Shown here one piece after another: positions 38,666 through 50,881 of a stretch of DNA of 64,000 nucleotides. Numbering within the stretch: position 1 is the first letter of the stretch; each line of letters begins with the position of its first letter. This stretch comes from Paraspadella gotoi (lineage: Eukaryota; Animalia; Chaetognatha): contig CM119267.1 in NCBI GenBank assembly GCA_051294375.1, positions 19,667,546-19,731,545 of the forward strand, in the 5' to 3' direction. The notes beneath the pieces are model-generated. The model did no database searches. It had not been told where the DNA came from and saw nothing but the letters and a program-made list of their open reading frames with translations. The position numbers and the translations under genes were made by a program.

Positions 38666-38970
38666 TTTTATCAAAATAAATAAGAGTCAGACGTTGACTA
38701 GGTTTTTTTTTTTTGTAGATCAGATCAACAATAGTTTTTTAAGTCCATAATCAAAAAATTTTTTCGTTCCTAACTGTCGAAATCTCGATGTCTAAAAAAA
38801 TTATCAGTATCTTAAGTATTCAACAAAATATTTCAACATCATTTTAGCGAAAACATTACAGAACAATTTTAAAAAAGCTTTAAACTTAAAAAAAATCACA
38901 GAAATAGCAGAGATCTTTTGATTTTCAAAATTTATGAGAGTGAAATGAAAAACTTAAAATGTAATTCTCG

Positions 38971-41865
38971 TCAGGATTCGTAATCTTCCATAAATTCGAT
39001 AATGGTGGCGTTGTCCAAAGAAATTGTCAAATACTCCACGCCGTCATTTGATTTCTTGACGCGAATTAATTTGTGATCTTTGAATTCCGTCAGCTGCCGA
39101 AAAAAAGGAAATTAAATGTGAAGTCGACGGAATATTGAAAGAAAAGTTCGAAAACACCTGCTTTTAAGTTTTTTTTGCACTTTTTTTAAATTTTGAGAAA
39201 AAGTTGAGACTCGTAGACATAAATCATTCCCTCGCCGAAACCCTCTTGCCTCTTGGATCTTCTTCTCGCATAACAAAATAATCGTCTGGCTAACCTGAGC
39301 CCGAAGCGTAAGATCGGAATTTACGAGAAACTCGGCCCGACAACGTTGGTAAAGGTCGTGAAAAGACATTCCCTGGTACCTGTAAATTAAATGATGTACA
39401 ACTAAAGAGAGGTTTTATAAGTAATTATATTTGACAAAAATAAAATAAATTTAAAAAGCAATGAATGTTTCTTTTTTTGCGGAAGAAACGTTTTGCGAGT
39501 GCATCCCCAAGCAAAAAGTATCTTTCCGCTGAAAAAATTTTTATCAAAATTAATATAATTAATCGTATAAAGGATTCTCACATGGGCGTATCCCCAAGCG
39601 CCAGCTGCTCCGTAGCCAAGAGGACAAAAATCTTTTTGGCGTTGGGCGTAAGAGACTTGATGACGTGCAGCAGCGAAGAAAGCGCGAGTTGTCCTGTCTG
39701 TTGGATCATCAGCGACGTCTCGTAGCTCGTCTCGTCAATGTAAGGACAAAACGTGGTCGCGTCGTGCCACAACCAACTGGGAAAAATAAATCACGTGACT
39801 GATAAACTTCGATGGATTCCGTAACCGAAAGAATGTATGTATAATTTTTATATTGGTTGTATCAATTTCATACGAATTTTGACAAGCACCAACGCCCCGT
39901 TACCGAAATTGCGACAGCTTCGCTTGGTCCCAAAGCATGGGGGAGTTGATGTGATCGATGGAAGCAACAAGATGACAACAAGGCAAAGACGCCATTTGAG
40001 ATAAGGCCTGTTGAGTCTTTTCCTTTCGCAGATTCGCTCCGTCGATATTATGGATGATGACGAAAAAGTCCCGCGGTTCAGAGAGCAGATGTTTGCGGAG
40101 GAAATCCAATTGGTCCGTGGCGTTTTTAAATGACCGATATCCGTGATCGAAAAGCTCTTCTAATTTAGAAATGGATGAAAAAGATGATTGCTGTCATCCT
40201 ATGTGATCGCCATCTATAATACTTAGTATTTCGATTGAAGTCTCATGTGGGCTAAAACAAATGTTTTCGATGACCAAAATTTTCTCACCCAAAATGCAGT
40301 TGAAGATCTGTTTAACAGTAAGGCCCGGAAAGTATCCGTTGATGGTCACGTGATGGTACTCGCCCTCGAGAAAGGCCATTCGGAACATCTCCAACAGCTG
40401 ACGCTTAGAACCCAAACCGTAGAGTAGCACGGAAAAACCTGAGGCTAACTGAACCATCCACTTGCGGAACAAGCTCGCATGGCTTTGAAGCAGTTCCTGT
40501 AACGGGAAGAAGTTGAAGAAAAAAAAAAAAAATCTTTAACACCGTTAATATCTAGGAGTAGCGAAATAACTCGGTAAAGGTCGACCCGACCTGAATTTGC
40601 TCGGCGTGGTGGGAAGGAGAATCGGCGAGGAGAGAAGCGACTTGTTCGGGGGAAAGTTTCGGCGTCTCCAACTTGCTCAGGGTTCGATCGGAGGTCATCG
40701 CCTGACTCGACTTGTGAGCCTCGAAGTAGGATTCCGCCTCCTCCGCCTGTTGCGACGCTGAAAAATTAAATAACAATCAATGAACATAGCGGCTCCCGCA
40801 AGAGGAAATAACTTTGCCCCCACCCCACCCCCCCCAAAAAAAAAAGTTAAATTAAAGAAAAAATCGAAGAAAATTAAATAAAATTAATGTGCGATGAAAG
40901 GCACGATGATAAACTTTTATGAATGCGATGAGAGAGAGGAGAGAAGATAGAGAGATAAGCCAAACATTCACGAAAAGTCTAAATTTTCATACTTATACAA
41001 AACTAAATTAACGGAACAAACAAGGAGCTCACCCGTTTTATCCTCTTGCACGTTAAGTTTTCTCCTCGAAAGAGACCGAGTTCTTTTCACTTTGAGCGGC
41101 GTCGCTCTTTTGTTTAAAGTCGGCGTGGCCGGAGCACCCGGTATTTTGTTTCGGTTTTTCGTTTCGTTGTTGTTAATTTTCCGAGAGGACTTATCGCTTT
41201 CGTCGCTGTCGTAGTCATCATCGTCGTCGTCGTCATCGTCGGAGCCTTCGGAGAAAGAGTGATCGGAATCGGACTCGTCGACTACCTGGTCCATTCGGCG
41301 ACGGAGTCTGTGTGGAGTTTTGGCGAGGTGACTCTTGGGAGCGCGGCCTCTCTTGTCGCGAGAGGGGGTTTTCAAGACGTCATCCTCAGATAAATATTTT
41401 TATATATTTATAAATACGACTGATATTAAAAAAAAAAAAAGCGAGGGCTCTCACTTTTTTTATGGTTTTCGACGGAGTGTTTGCTCCCTCTTCCTCCATT
41501 CCGGTTGAGTAAGAAACTGATTTGGCCAGCGCCCCTTTTCTCTTCGACATCTTGAAGCCGAAAACGCTTTGGCCTCGTACGTCGGCCCCGCTTTGGGAGC
41601 CGCTATCCGTCTCATCCGCCCACAATTCTAGCGGCTGTCGACGTGCTTCATCGTCGACGTCTTCGTCGTCCAGGTCGAGGGGTTTGAGATCGTCGTCGTC
41701 GTCGTCACTGTCAGTGGAGGCGCGTTTAATAAGTTCCTTTTCGTTATAAACGACCTTCTTTCTGTCTCTCAAAGAACGAGGAGCACAAGATTCTTCTTGT
41801 GAAGTGGCGGTGTCTGCGTCGTCCATCGGCGCCTCGTTGGCTCGAGTAACAACCTCACAAGACAT
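38971..41865 (-). CDS. ORC2: Origin recognition complex subunit 2
   Basis: [73 protein letters not shown]|[10 protein letters not shown]. Confidence 0.95.
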
Positions 41866-41950
41866 TAGTCTATCGCGCGACTTTCTAAATTTATTTCATT
41901 TTTTTCATAATTTAAAACAAAAGACAATCCTACATGTACATATGTTCCGT

Positions 41951-42900
41951 TTAGGAAAAATTCATTTTTTGGGAAAATCCCAGCAAGACTTTTTCGACGT
42001 CCTTTAGCGACGCATCGTAGTTCAACGAGTCACCCTCGAAGGGTAAGAATGTAACGATTCCGTGGTTCAGCATTGTGTCTGATCTCTGGTGGTCCAAGTG
42101 CGACGCCTGTTTGCGGACGTAAAGAACTATTTTAGTCAGTTTGATAGGATCGGAGAGGTTTTTTGAGAAGAGGGTTCGCCAGAGGGCGCCGGCCAGAACC
42201 GTGTCGTCGCCGAGAATTCCCTCGTCGTAAGAAAAGAGCATCGCCGAGAAATGCGTCATCAACTCGGTGAAGTTCTGCTTACGATTCGCGACGAGTTCCG
42301 GAGCAAGCTTCTTAGACTTTTCGTCGATGTCGGCCCACATATTGTTGACGAGTTCTTTCTAAATAAGCAACGTAAAGATTATTAAGAGCAACAAGCAAAA
42401 ACGAGATTAACCCCGACCTTAACGAAGGCGCCCTCGTCGCCGTCTTGTGCTATCCTCGACAAAACGAGCCACACGTGCAGCTGCAGCAGCAGAAAATAGG
42501 AGAAGAAAGTATCCGGCAGTTCGAGGTAATCGAAGAGTTCGTCATAATTCACGAGTTCGCAGCAGCAAAAGTAGAGTTTGAGAGCTGCAAATCTCATTTT
42601 TCTTTTCGGATATCGGTACGAGAGACCGGCTCGTTTTTTCATCCTCCGCCACAAAGAATCTGCCAGGGTGGCGGAGGTGCTGAATGGGCGGAATGTCGAA
42701 ACGTCGATCCGGGGTGTGAAAACTGTTGATTCTTGCCGAAAGTCTGAGCTCGAGCTTGGCGCCGCGAAGAGATTCGGAGAACCGCGATTAAGTCCCGGAA
42801 GCTGACGAAAGGCGAAAAGCGTAGAATAGCTACGGTAGCAGCATCGTCGCGCGGGCGTCGCTCGGAGGGAACCCGAGATGGCGGGTAGATATAAAGTCAT
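41951..42900 (-). CDS. UQCC1: Ubiquinol-cytochrome c reductase complex assembly factor 1 (Cbp3 homolog); start codon uncertain
   Basis: LPDTFFSYFLLLQLHVWLVLSR, MWADIDEK, YDEGILGDDTVLAGALWRTLF, YVRKQ. Confidence 0.92.
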
Positions 42901-43029
42901 GATCAAGAGTTGGAAACACCTCAGCTGATTAACGTAAAAAAAAACAAAAAAAACAACATAACGATGTAATTTAACGAACAACCAAGCAACGGGCGAAGCA
43001 ATGAGCGAGCTATTTCTATTTCTTCGGTA

Positions 43030-45712
43030 TTAACTTATCAACAAGTCCCTCCTCCTTCCCACAGACTTTGGTCCAGTCTCCCGAAAAGGCGCTTTGTGCG
43101 TGTTTCCCAATCCGGCCGAGCCAATAGACACTTTGTGGTCTCTGGTCAAATAAGGCGCCGTCGATGACTTTGACGCCGTCGCATAATCGTCCGCTTTGCA
43201 CTGGAGACCGACGCTTGTCGATGACGTAGGCAGCGACTCTCCGTGGACCGTGGCCACTTTTATCTCTTTCGGCAACTCCATGTCACCCATGAGGATCGTG
43301 TTGATGCGCGACACCATATTTTTCGGCAGAGCGGTGGCGAGATAGAGCACGTGATCGGTCAGATCGACGGCCCTAACGATTCCCAGGCCGAAGGCTTCGA
43401 TCGGCGGCAAGGAGCCTCTGGTGAAGAAACGAGGCCCCAAATACGACGGATCTTGGGGAGATGTCGCTGATGACCTTTTTGGCGAAGATGTCGGCGAAGA
43501 TTTCGACGAACGAGGAGTGGACGAGCTCGACATGGCGTGAATACCCAGTGCCACCATACTTCCGTTCAACGCAAACAGAATCTGTGAGTTTTTCACTTTG
43601 GCGTGAACGACGGCCACGGCCAAGTGACTCATGGGAATCTTGTATGGCGCCATGGCGAGCGCTTTGGTAATTCCTAGATGTTTCTCCGAGAGGGCGCCCG
43701 AAGACCAATGAGCGATGAGCGTCATGAGTCTGATGTTAGGGGCGCGGTATTTGTTGTGGAGTTCGATCATGAGGTCGCCGACGGGAGAAAAGACGGATAC
43801 TAGTTTGTGCTCGCAATTACCTTTCCCATCTACTCCGCCTCCGCTCCGTCGCCGTCGAGATCGCCCTCGCCAACCCAAGTTCGATTCGATAAATTCGGTG
43901 GTAATGGGCGGAAAGTTTTTCGCCGGCGCCGCAGCGTCCAACTGAATCACGTGACTCGGGCTCACGAGACGTAATAAATCGACCATCAGGGCGACTCCGA
44001 GCCCCTTGTTCCAGCCCATAGTGTTGACGATCAAGGGGCAAGGTGTTCGCCCGTCGGCGACGGCGTTCCTGATTAGAGGGAGGCCGCGGTAAGCGTCCAA
44101 GAGCCGCTTAAGTCCGTCCAGATAAAGCGAGGGGGTAAGGGCGGGAGAATTTCCGCCCCCGAAAACGGCGCTTATCAGCGCGGGTCGGTTCTCGTCCGCC
44201 TCGTCAAAACCGGCCAAGTGAGTAAAAGGAGGCCCGAACACTGGATGCCTCACTCGCACTAGACCCATTAACGATGGCGGGATGAATTCGGACTGACCGA
44301 CGTCGGCGTCGAGATAGAGAACGCCCTCGGGGAACATGCGAACGCCCGAGTCTTTGTCTACGGCCGAGAGGAGGGCGTTAAGAGTGGTCCGGGCGAACGT
44401 GGACTTGCCGGTGTTCTTTCCACCGACGACGACGATTTTCAAAGGATCCTTGGAATCGACGCCGTCGAGCACAGTCTCGATGGCCTTCCAGTGAGCGGCC
44501 GGAATCATCATGGGCCGCTGCCACGGTGGCGGCGAATACTCGGCCTCCTCGTCGAAGTTCAACACGTAAGAGCCGAGAGGAGCCAGTGGCGTGTCCAAAG
44601 CCGGTTCTTGGCCCGCGTACTTTTCCAAGAAGAGATAGCGAAAGAGCCCCGTCGCCGAGGTGACGGCGTCGCAAAGGTCGCTATCGAGACGCTCCAAAAC
44701 GGCGACGGTGGGAGCGACGCTGACTCCGTCCTCGGCGTTGACGATCAATCGCGTATAAGTTTCTTTCAGTTCTTTAGAGAAAGATTCGATCGAGATCCCT
44801 TTCGGCTTCAAAATCTCTTCGAGGCGCTCGACCAGTTCCGCATCCGTGGCATCATCCAGGCCGTCGTTAAAATCTTCCACAGTCAAGAGGCTGCAAGAGT
44901 CGGGCGAGAAGAGATCGTGGGAGTCGGAGTCTCGCCGGCCGAAGACGAAGCCCATGCAGTGGAGGCGACCCGCGACGCGTGTCAGTCTCAATTTGCCCTT
45001 AAAGGTGAAGCTCGCGCCGTAAGGAAGAAAGAGGACAATGACTGGCGAGTCGAAGCCCGTGATCGAAACAAAAGACGCTTGCAGTGCGCGAAATGGAGAA
45101 GTTTCGGGCTCATCGAATTCGTCCTCTAAATAGGCGGGTCGAAGCATGCCCCCCGGGGAAGACGCCGCGGATTCTGAATAAGGAACGACTTCATCGGGTT
45201 CGGCTTCAACGACTGTTTTTCCGGTTGAAGACGACGGATCTTCGGTCTTATCAACGGAAGATTCGGACGGATCTTCAGCCGATTGGATACCGTCCATTTG
45301 CTTGAAAAGTGATTAAAACAATTGACAAAATTTAAGAGATTTCACTTTACTACGCTTGTTCTTTTTAAGATTACTTAAATACCTTCATCCTATTTTTCTT
45401 GCTTTTTCTGTTTCTTTTTCTCCTCACGTCCACGTCTTCTTTCGACCTATTTTTAGGCACCAACGCTTTCTCCCGCGAATCTAGTTTTCCCGTTTTCCTT
45501 TCTTCCATTCTTTTCCCGCTTTCGTCACCGTTGCTCTTCTTTCTTTCCGCTTCCATTTTGATTTTAGCACGTTTCGCTTTGGGCGAAGTCTCGTGTTCGG
45601 ACGCGGCGTTTCCCGCGACGTCTCCGACAACGGCGGCTGCTTTCGGCTGTGCTACGTTTGCCAATATTGCTTCAGTTAAACTTTTACTACGCTTGGAGTA
45701 TTTTTCAGACAT
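43030..45712 (-). CDS. NOL9: Polynucleotide 5'-kinase NOL9; exon 1 45383-45712 joined by intron 45301-45382
   Basis: GGKNTGKSTFARTTLNALL, YLDADVGQSEFIPP, FGPPFTHL, PLIVNTMGWNKGLG, GLGIVRAVD. The Lys-rich ORF 45371-45712 splices in phase (RMK|QMD). Confidence 0.9.
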
Positions 45713-45796
45713 GTTGCAAAAATGCAGAGCGAGATATTTGCTGTTTTAAAAACTGTTATGGAGTAATAGACAACAACAAAGCGATTTTATTTTGGC

Positions 45797-47426
45797 TTAA
45801 ACAATCTTTTTCAAAGAAACAATGTCGTAGTCGCTGTCGCCAAACTCCCTCGGATGAGAGTCGCGATCAATACAGGAAATTTTAAAGTTAAACTCTTCTT
45901 GGACGATTCGAAAAAACTCGACTTCGCCGAGACCACGGGGTTTGTAGGAGAAGAGGACGAGAGACTCCGGATGCGAGAGACAATCGACGGTCCGCGCCAG
46001 CGCCCTCAACACATCCGGGTCCGAGGAATATATGACGTCGGATCCGAGTACGACGTCGACGGAGCCGCGAGGGATGTCCGCCCAAACTGACGCTTCGTCG
46101 TCGGTCCAGTTGAGCGGCCGACAGGACACACGGTGGAGGCGGTCGCCGATTTGAGCTCGATTACCTTCCAAGCATCGACCGGTGTGGTCGACGGCGTCTG
46201 AATGATCAGTGAGAACGACCTCGGCAGCCCCCAACAGGCCCGCCACCATGCCAACCAGCCCGCAACCCGCGCCAAGTTCCACCGCTTTTTTATTTGACCA
46301 AAAACGAGGGTTGGGGTGACTGGTTTCCAGATATTTCGCCAAAAGATAGGAACCGTCCCAAAGCTTCAAATGGGTATTACGATTTACAGATATTTCTTTC
46401 TCTACATGGTGACAATTTTACAAGCGCCGGTAGAAAAACGCTGTCATTTTCAAACCCATGAAGATTTTTTCAATATTAAATATAAATTTAAAAATAAAAA
46501 CCCAATCTATTTATATATGCAAATTTTATCAGAATCGACTTTGATATGCCTCAGCATTCAGCAATGATAGCAGGAAGATGGATTTGAAAATCGTCTCAAA
46601 TTTTTAAACTCATTTTTTTTAGATTTAATTTTTTTCTCTTACTTTCAATAAGTTTTCTGAAAAAATTTGAAATAAAATAATATTAATATTTTCTGAAAGC
46701 CCTTTCAAATCTAAAGAGAATGACGTACTTACGAATACTGTAGTATAAAATTTAACTGGCCCAGCTTTAATTTAATTAAGATACTCAAAAACGAGACATC
46801 TTTTTAAAAATCAATAGCTGGAGAATAAATTTATGATTTTTATCAAATTGTGATTGGCTATCTTAAATCCTTTTTTCTCAGGCTCTCTCATGATACTTAT
46901 ATAAATAATAATATTTTATGTTATAATAATTTAAACAGGTCATATATTTTGAAAAAAGATTTAAAATTTTAAATAATTCACTTTTAACACTCTTAATTGA
47001 ACCAAGGCTGGGCAGCTTACTTTTTACGTTAGAGCTTTCGTAAGTATATCATTCTCTTAATATTTTTAAGGGCTTTAATAAAGTGCTAAAAGTTCCAACA
47101 AAAAAATTGAATTTAAAAACAGTGAGTTGGAAAATGAAACCCGATTTGAAAAGCCAACTTTCTCCACTCATTGTCAAGGCATATCTTAACTGATCAATAT
47201 AAAATTTTAACATAAACAGTTTTAGTATTTTCTATTTAACCAATTTTTAAAATCAATGAAATAACCACTGGTTTGCAAATGATATCGTATTTCTACCGGC
47301 GCTTGTAAAATTGTCACCAAGTAAGTTTTGATAGGCTGTTAGAGAAGCTCCACAAAAAGAAAAGATTCTTTGTTCTGATTTGGTGTCCAACCGTGGATTG
47401 TTATATCGCCAAAGAACTAACGCCAT
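45797..47426 (-). CDS. METTL21-family protein-lysine methyltransferase, coding sequence interrupted by a MITE (candidate new intron 46402-47317)
   Basis: MALVLWRY...IFSFCG N-terminus resembles METTL21A; LWDGSYLLAKYL, VELGAGCGLVG, VVLTD, DVVLGSDVIY. Confidence 0.85.
46405..47321. mobile_element. TA-targeting MITE (917 bp) inserted in coding sequence
   Basis: TIRs CATGGTGACAATTTTACAAGCGCCGGTAGAAA / TTTCTACCGGCGCTTGTAAAATTGTCACCAAG; TA at 46403-46404 and 47322-47323. Confidence 0.92.
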
Positions 47427-47660
47427 AATTTCATAATAAATTGTAATCTTAAAAAAAATTTTGATCAACAAAAAATACAATCAAAAGCTCAAACGAAAAC
47501 TATAAAAAAATAAGTGATTAATTTTCAGAGTGTAATTTCTTTCGTTTCGTTGTAGTGGGTAAGTTTTAGAAGCAAAACTTTTTATTGTTTAAACAATATT
47601 TAACTTTCATAAAAAATAAATCGTCAACTTTTTTTTCACAAAGTTTTTTTCTAAAATTTG

Positions 47661-49327
47661 TTATTTTTCGGTCTCTCCCCAAAGTCTCATGACTTTCAAG
47701 CTTTCCTCTTGTAGTTTCACCATCTTCAAAAAAACTTCGTATTTGGCATCGTGAAATTTTTTCACCTCAAGTCTCGGCTTAATCTCTGTGCCATCGCCAC
47801 CCATTTTGTTCATGACGTCAATCATGCTCTCTTTCCCCGCGGCTTTGGCGCCCAGCATGGCGGCACCGAGCAGAACCGATTCGCTCGTATCCGGCAAAAT
47901 GACCGGAAGGCCCACGACGTCGGCGTGAGTCTGAACGAAGAGATCGTTTTTGCTCAACCCTCCGCACATTGGAAGCACCTGCCGCCGATGATATGAAACG
48001 AGCTAGTAGTATTATATTGTCAGAAAATTTAGCTCACCGACAATCAGATAGCGACTACCTTGATTTTGTGTCCGCTTTTTTCTAAAGCAGCTATGATATG
48101 TTTGGTGCCATAAGCGAGGGACTGAATAGTTGCCAGGTATTGAAGAGCGAGATCGTCGAGGTCGGACGAGAGATTTAGCCCCATTATCATTCCTTTAAGA
48201 GCGGGATTGGCAAGCGGGGATCGGTTTCCGTGAAAATCAGGCCAAAAATGAAGATGCTTTACAGGAAGAAAAACTGTCAAAAATTTGTAAACTCGGTCAA
48301 AACAGCAGCGATACAAACCTTCACCTACTTGTGTCAAATACTCGACGTGTTCCAAATTATGATCATTCCTTAATTTCCTCAAAATCCGGTTCAACTCGTC
48401 GTGAGGGTGAGAGCCCGATTCCTTGCTAATTTTTAGGAGTCCTTCACTTGCGGAGTGACCTTGGACAATCCGATCTAACAAGGAACCCGCTGCGCTTTGT
48501 CCGGCTTCGTTGGTCCAAAACCCGGACACAATCGACGAAAAATACGGGCCCCAAACGCCAGGAACGAAAATCGGGTCGCGTGATATCGCCATCTGAGTTT
48601 AACATTAATTTCATTGTTGCTTTGAACATATCACATTTTCAAAACCAGTAGTTATGTACTCACATGGCATGACGAAGTTCCGGTAATTAACGGTAATCTC
48701 TCCGCCATTTTAAAACGGGATAATGCTTTGCATCCAAAAAGCCCGAGGCCGCCTGCATGAGCGTCGATGAGACTTGTTGCCACCGCCGTCCCTTCGTTTA
48801 ATCCCAGGGCTTCGGCAGCACGCAAAGTCAACCCTGAGCGGCGAAAAGAGAAAGTTCAACGGTTTTTTACATCACATGACAAAAGAACAATTGTAGTTGA
48901 CCAGAGCCGGAGGGCGTTCCAGGTTCTTTCGCGTTCGACCCGATCTTCTGCGCGTTTTCTGACAATAGTTCTTCCAAACCCAATTCTTTCAGAAAATTCT
49001 TGTCCCAAAATCCCGGCAGTCCTTCCGTCAGTTGATAATTCCATTTGCAAACGACGGAGCATGTAGATCTAACGTCAAAGTTGACGAAGATAACCTATTT
49101 TTTTTCTTACGATTTTATTATTTTTTTTCTCGCGAAGAATCTCCACCTAACACCACCTGCTTTCATCCCCCGTTGCTTTCCAACTAAGGAAGTCAGGAAG
49201 TTCAAAGAGGTGACCGATTTTGTTCCATTTCTCTCTCGCCAAATTTCTTTTCAACCACAATAATTTTGGCATAGCCATTTCCGGAGATATTTTCCCGCCC
49301 ACGTACCGGAGGACCTCGTGACAGGTT
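47661..49327 (-). CDS. FGGY: FGGY carbohydrate kinase (D-ribulokinase); 5' exons not found in the window
   Basis: [49 protein letters not shown]|[45 protein letters not shown]. Confidence 0.92.
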
Positions 49328-49505
49328 CTGCGTGGTCAAAAAAATTCTTGAAAATATGATCTCGCCTGACGTTACTATCAAAGAAAATTACTGCAAAAAT
49401 CCGAGAAAAAAAACCGAATGATTGATGCGATAACGAAGTATTGATGTAATAGTAATTGATTATTGATGTAATAGTAATTTATTATTGATATAATAGTAAT
49501 TGTGA

Positions 49506-49676
49506 TGATGCAATGATAGTCATTCACTGATGCGATGATAGTCATTCACTGATGCAAAGATAGTCATTCACTGATGCAAAGATAGTCATTCACTGATGCA
49601 AAGATAGTCATTTACTGATGCGAAGATAGTCATTTACTGATGCGAAGATAGTCATTCACCGATGCGAAGATAGTCA
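49506..49676. repeat. 22-bp minisatellite (TGATGCRAAGATAGTCATTYAC), about 8 copies
   Basis: Direct tandem units visible; related units near 59011 and inverted near 61690-61727. Confidence 0.85.
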
Positions 49677-50881
49677 ATGTGAAAACGTAAGAAAAAATGC
49701 GAAATCGAATCGGTGAGAACCAAACTCGAAGAGCGCGAAAAAAGAATTGACGGCCAAGGCGGTCAATAGGCCATAGCGGTAGCGGTAGCCATAGCGGTAG
49801 CCGACCAAATTCAAATTTTAATGGGAACAGCATTAAACTAGAGATGCGCATCGTTCGAATCGAAGCTCCTATCAAGATTCTTTTATATTTTACTTCTATT
49901 CAAAACTGCATAGTCAAGGCTAAAACAAATTATGTCAATATGGGCAGATTTCGAAAGCTTGGCGTCTTGGGAAGCCAATGTAGGTAGAGCGCGATCGAAA
50001 TTCCCATTTTATCATGCCCAAAATGGTATTTAAATGGATTGGTCAGACCGTTTTGTCCCTATTCCAGAAAACCTCCTGGCTCTTGAGTAAAAAAGACTAA
50101 ATCATACATATCAGTACAGTTTCCGAAACCTTATTGTCTTCTCTACATGATGAAAAAAAGCCAAATTAAAATTCTTGCAATATTAATTGCTTGATAAAGC
50201 AATCAAATGAACTGGTTTTTTAAGTGAAAACTGCATAGTCAAGCCTTCATTTTTTTCAATTTTAAACACAATTGACAGAAACTGTATTGATTTTACTATT
50301 CAAATCAGGTAGAGCGCAGGCTTAATTCAAAAGCGTTTCTCAATATAATGCAAAATTTTAAAAAAGTTCAATAAAAACTTATTAAAAACAAAAATCGTCG
50401 CACAGTGTTGCTTGTGAGTCCTAAATGCTAGAAAAATATTTTTAAAAATTTTTTATATTACTATATAATATATAAAAATATTTATATAATATAATTATAA
50501 TGTTAAGAATAAATTTTTTTATTCAATCCGAGAAAAGTAGTATTATATAATAAAAAAAAATATATATATAAAAAATTATATTTTACAATAAAATTAACTA
50601 ATTTTTCCAAACTGCGACAATTTTTTGTTATTATAGTATAATTAAAAAATATAAGATTAAAATAAAATTTTAATTTTAATAAAATATAATAATCATATTA
50701 AATATAAAAAATCAAAAAAAATTTTAATTTTTTATTTTAATAATAATAACAATAATAATAATAATAAAAATAAAATAATAATAATAATAAATAAAATATA
50801 AATATTTTATTTTTTAATTTTATTTTTTTAATTATAATCATTATTTTATTATTATTATTATTTTATTATTATTATATAATC

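Noticed and set aside
44491-45129. Plus-strand ORFs overlapping genes (this one and many similar)
   Set aside because: Antisense shadows of GC-rich exons with no recognisable motifs.
45371-45712. Separate Lys-rich small gene
   Set aside because: It splices in phase to NOL9 through an 82-nt GT-AG intron.
49439-49676. CRISPR-like array
   Set aside because: Head-to-tail repeats without unique spacers in a eukaryotic context; an ordinary minisatellite.
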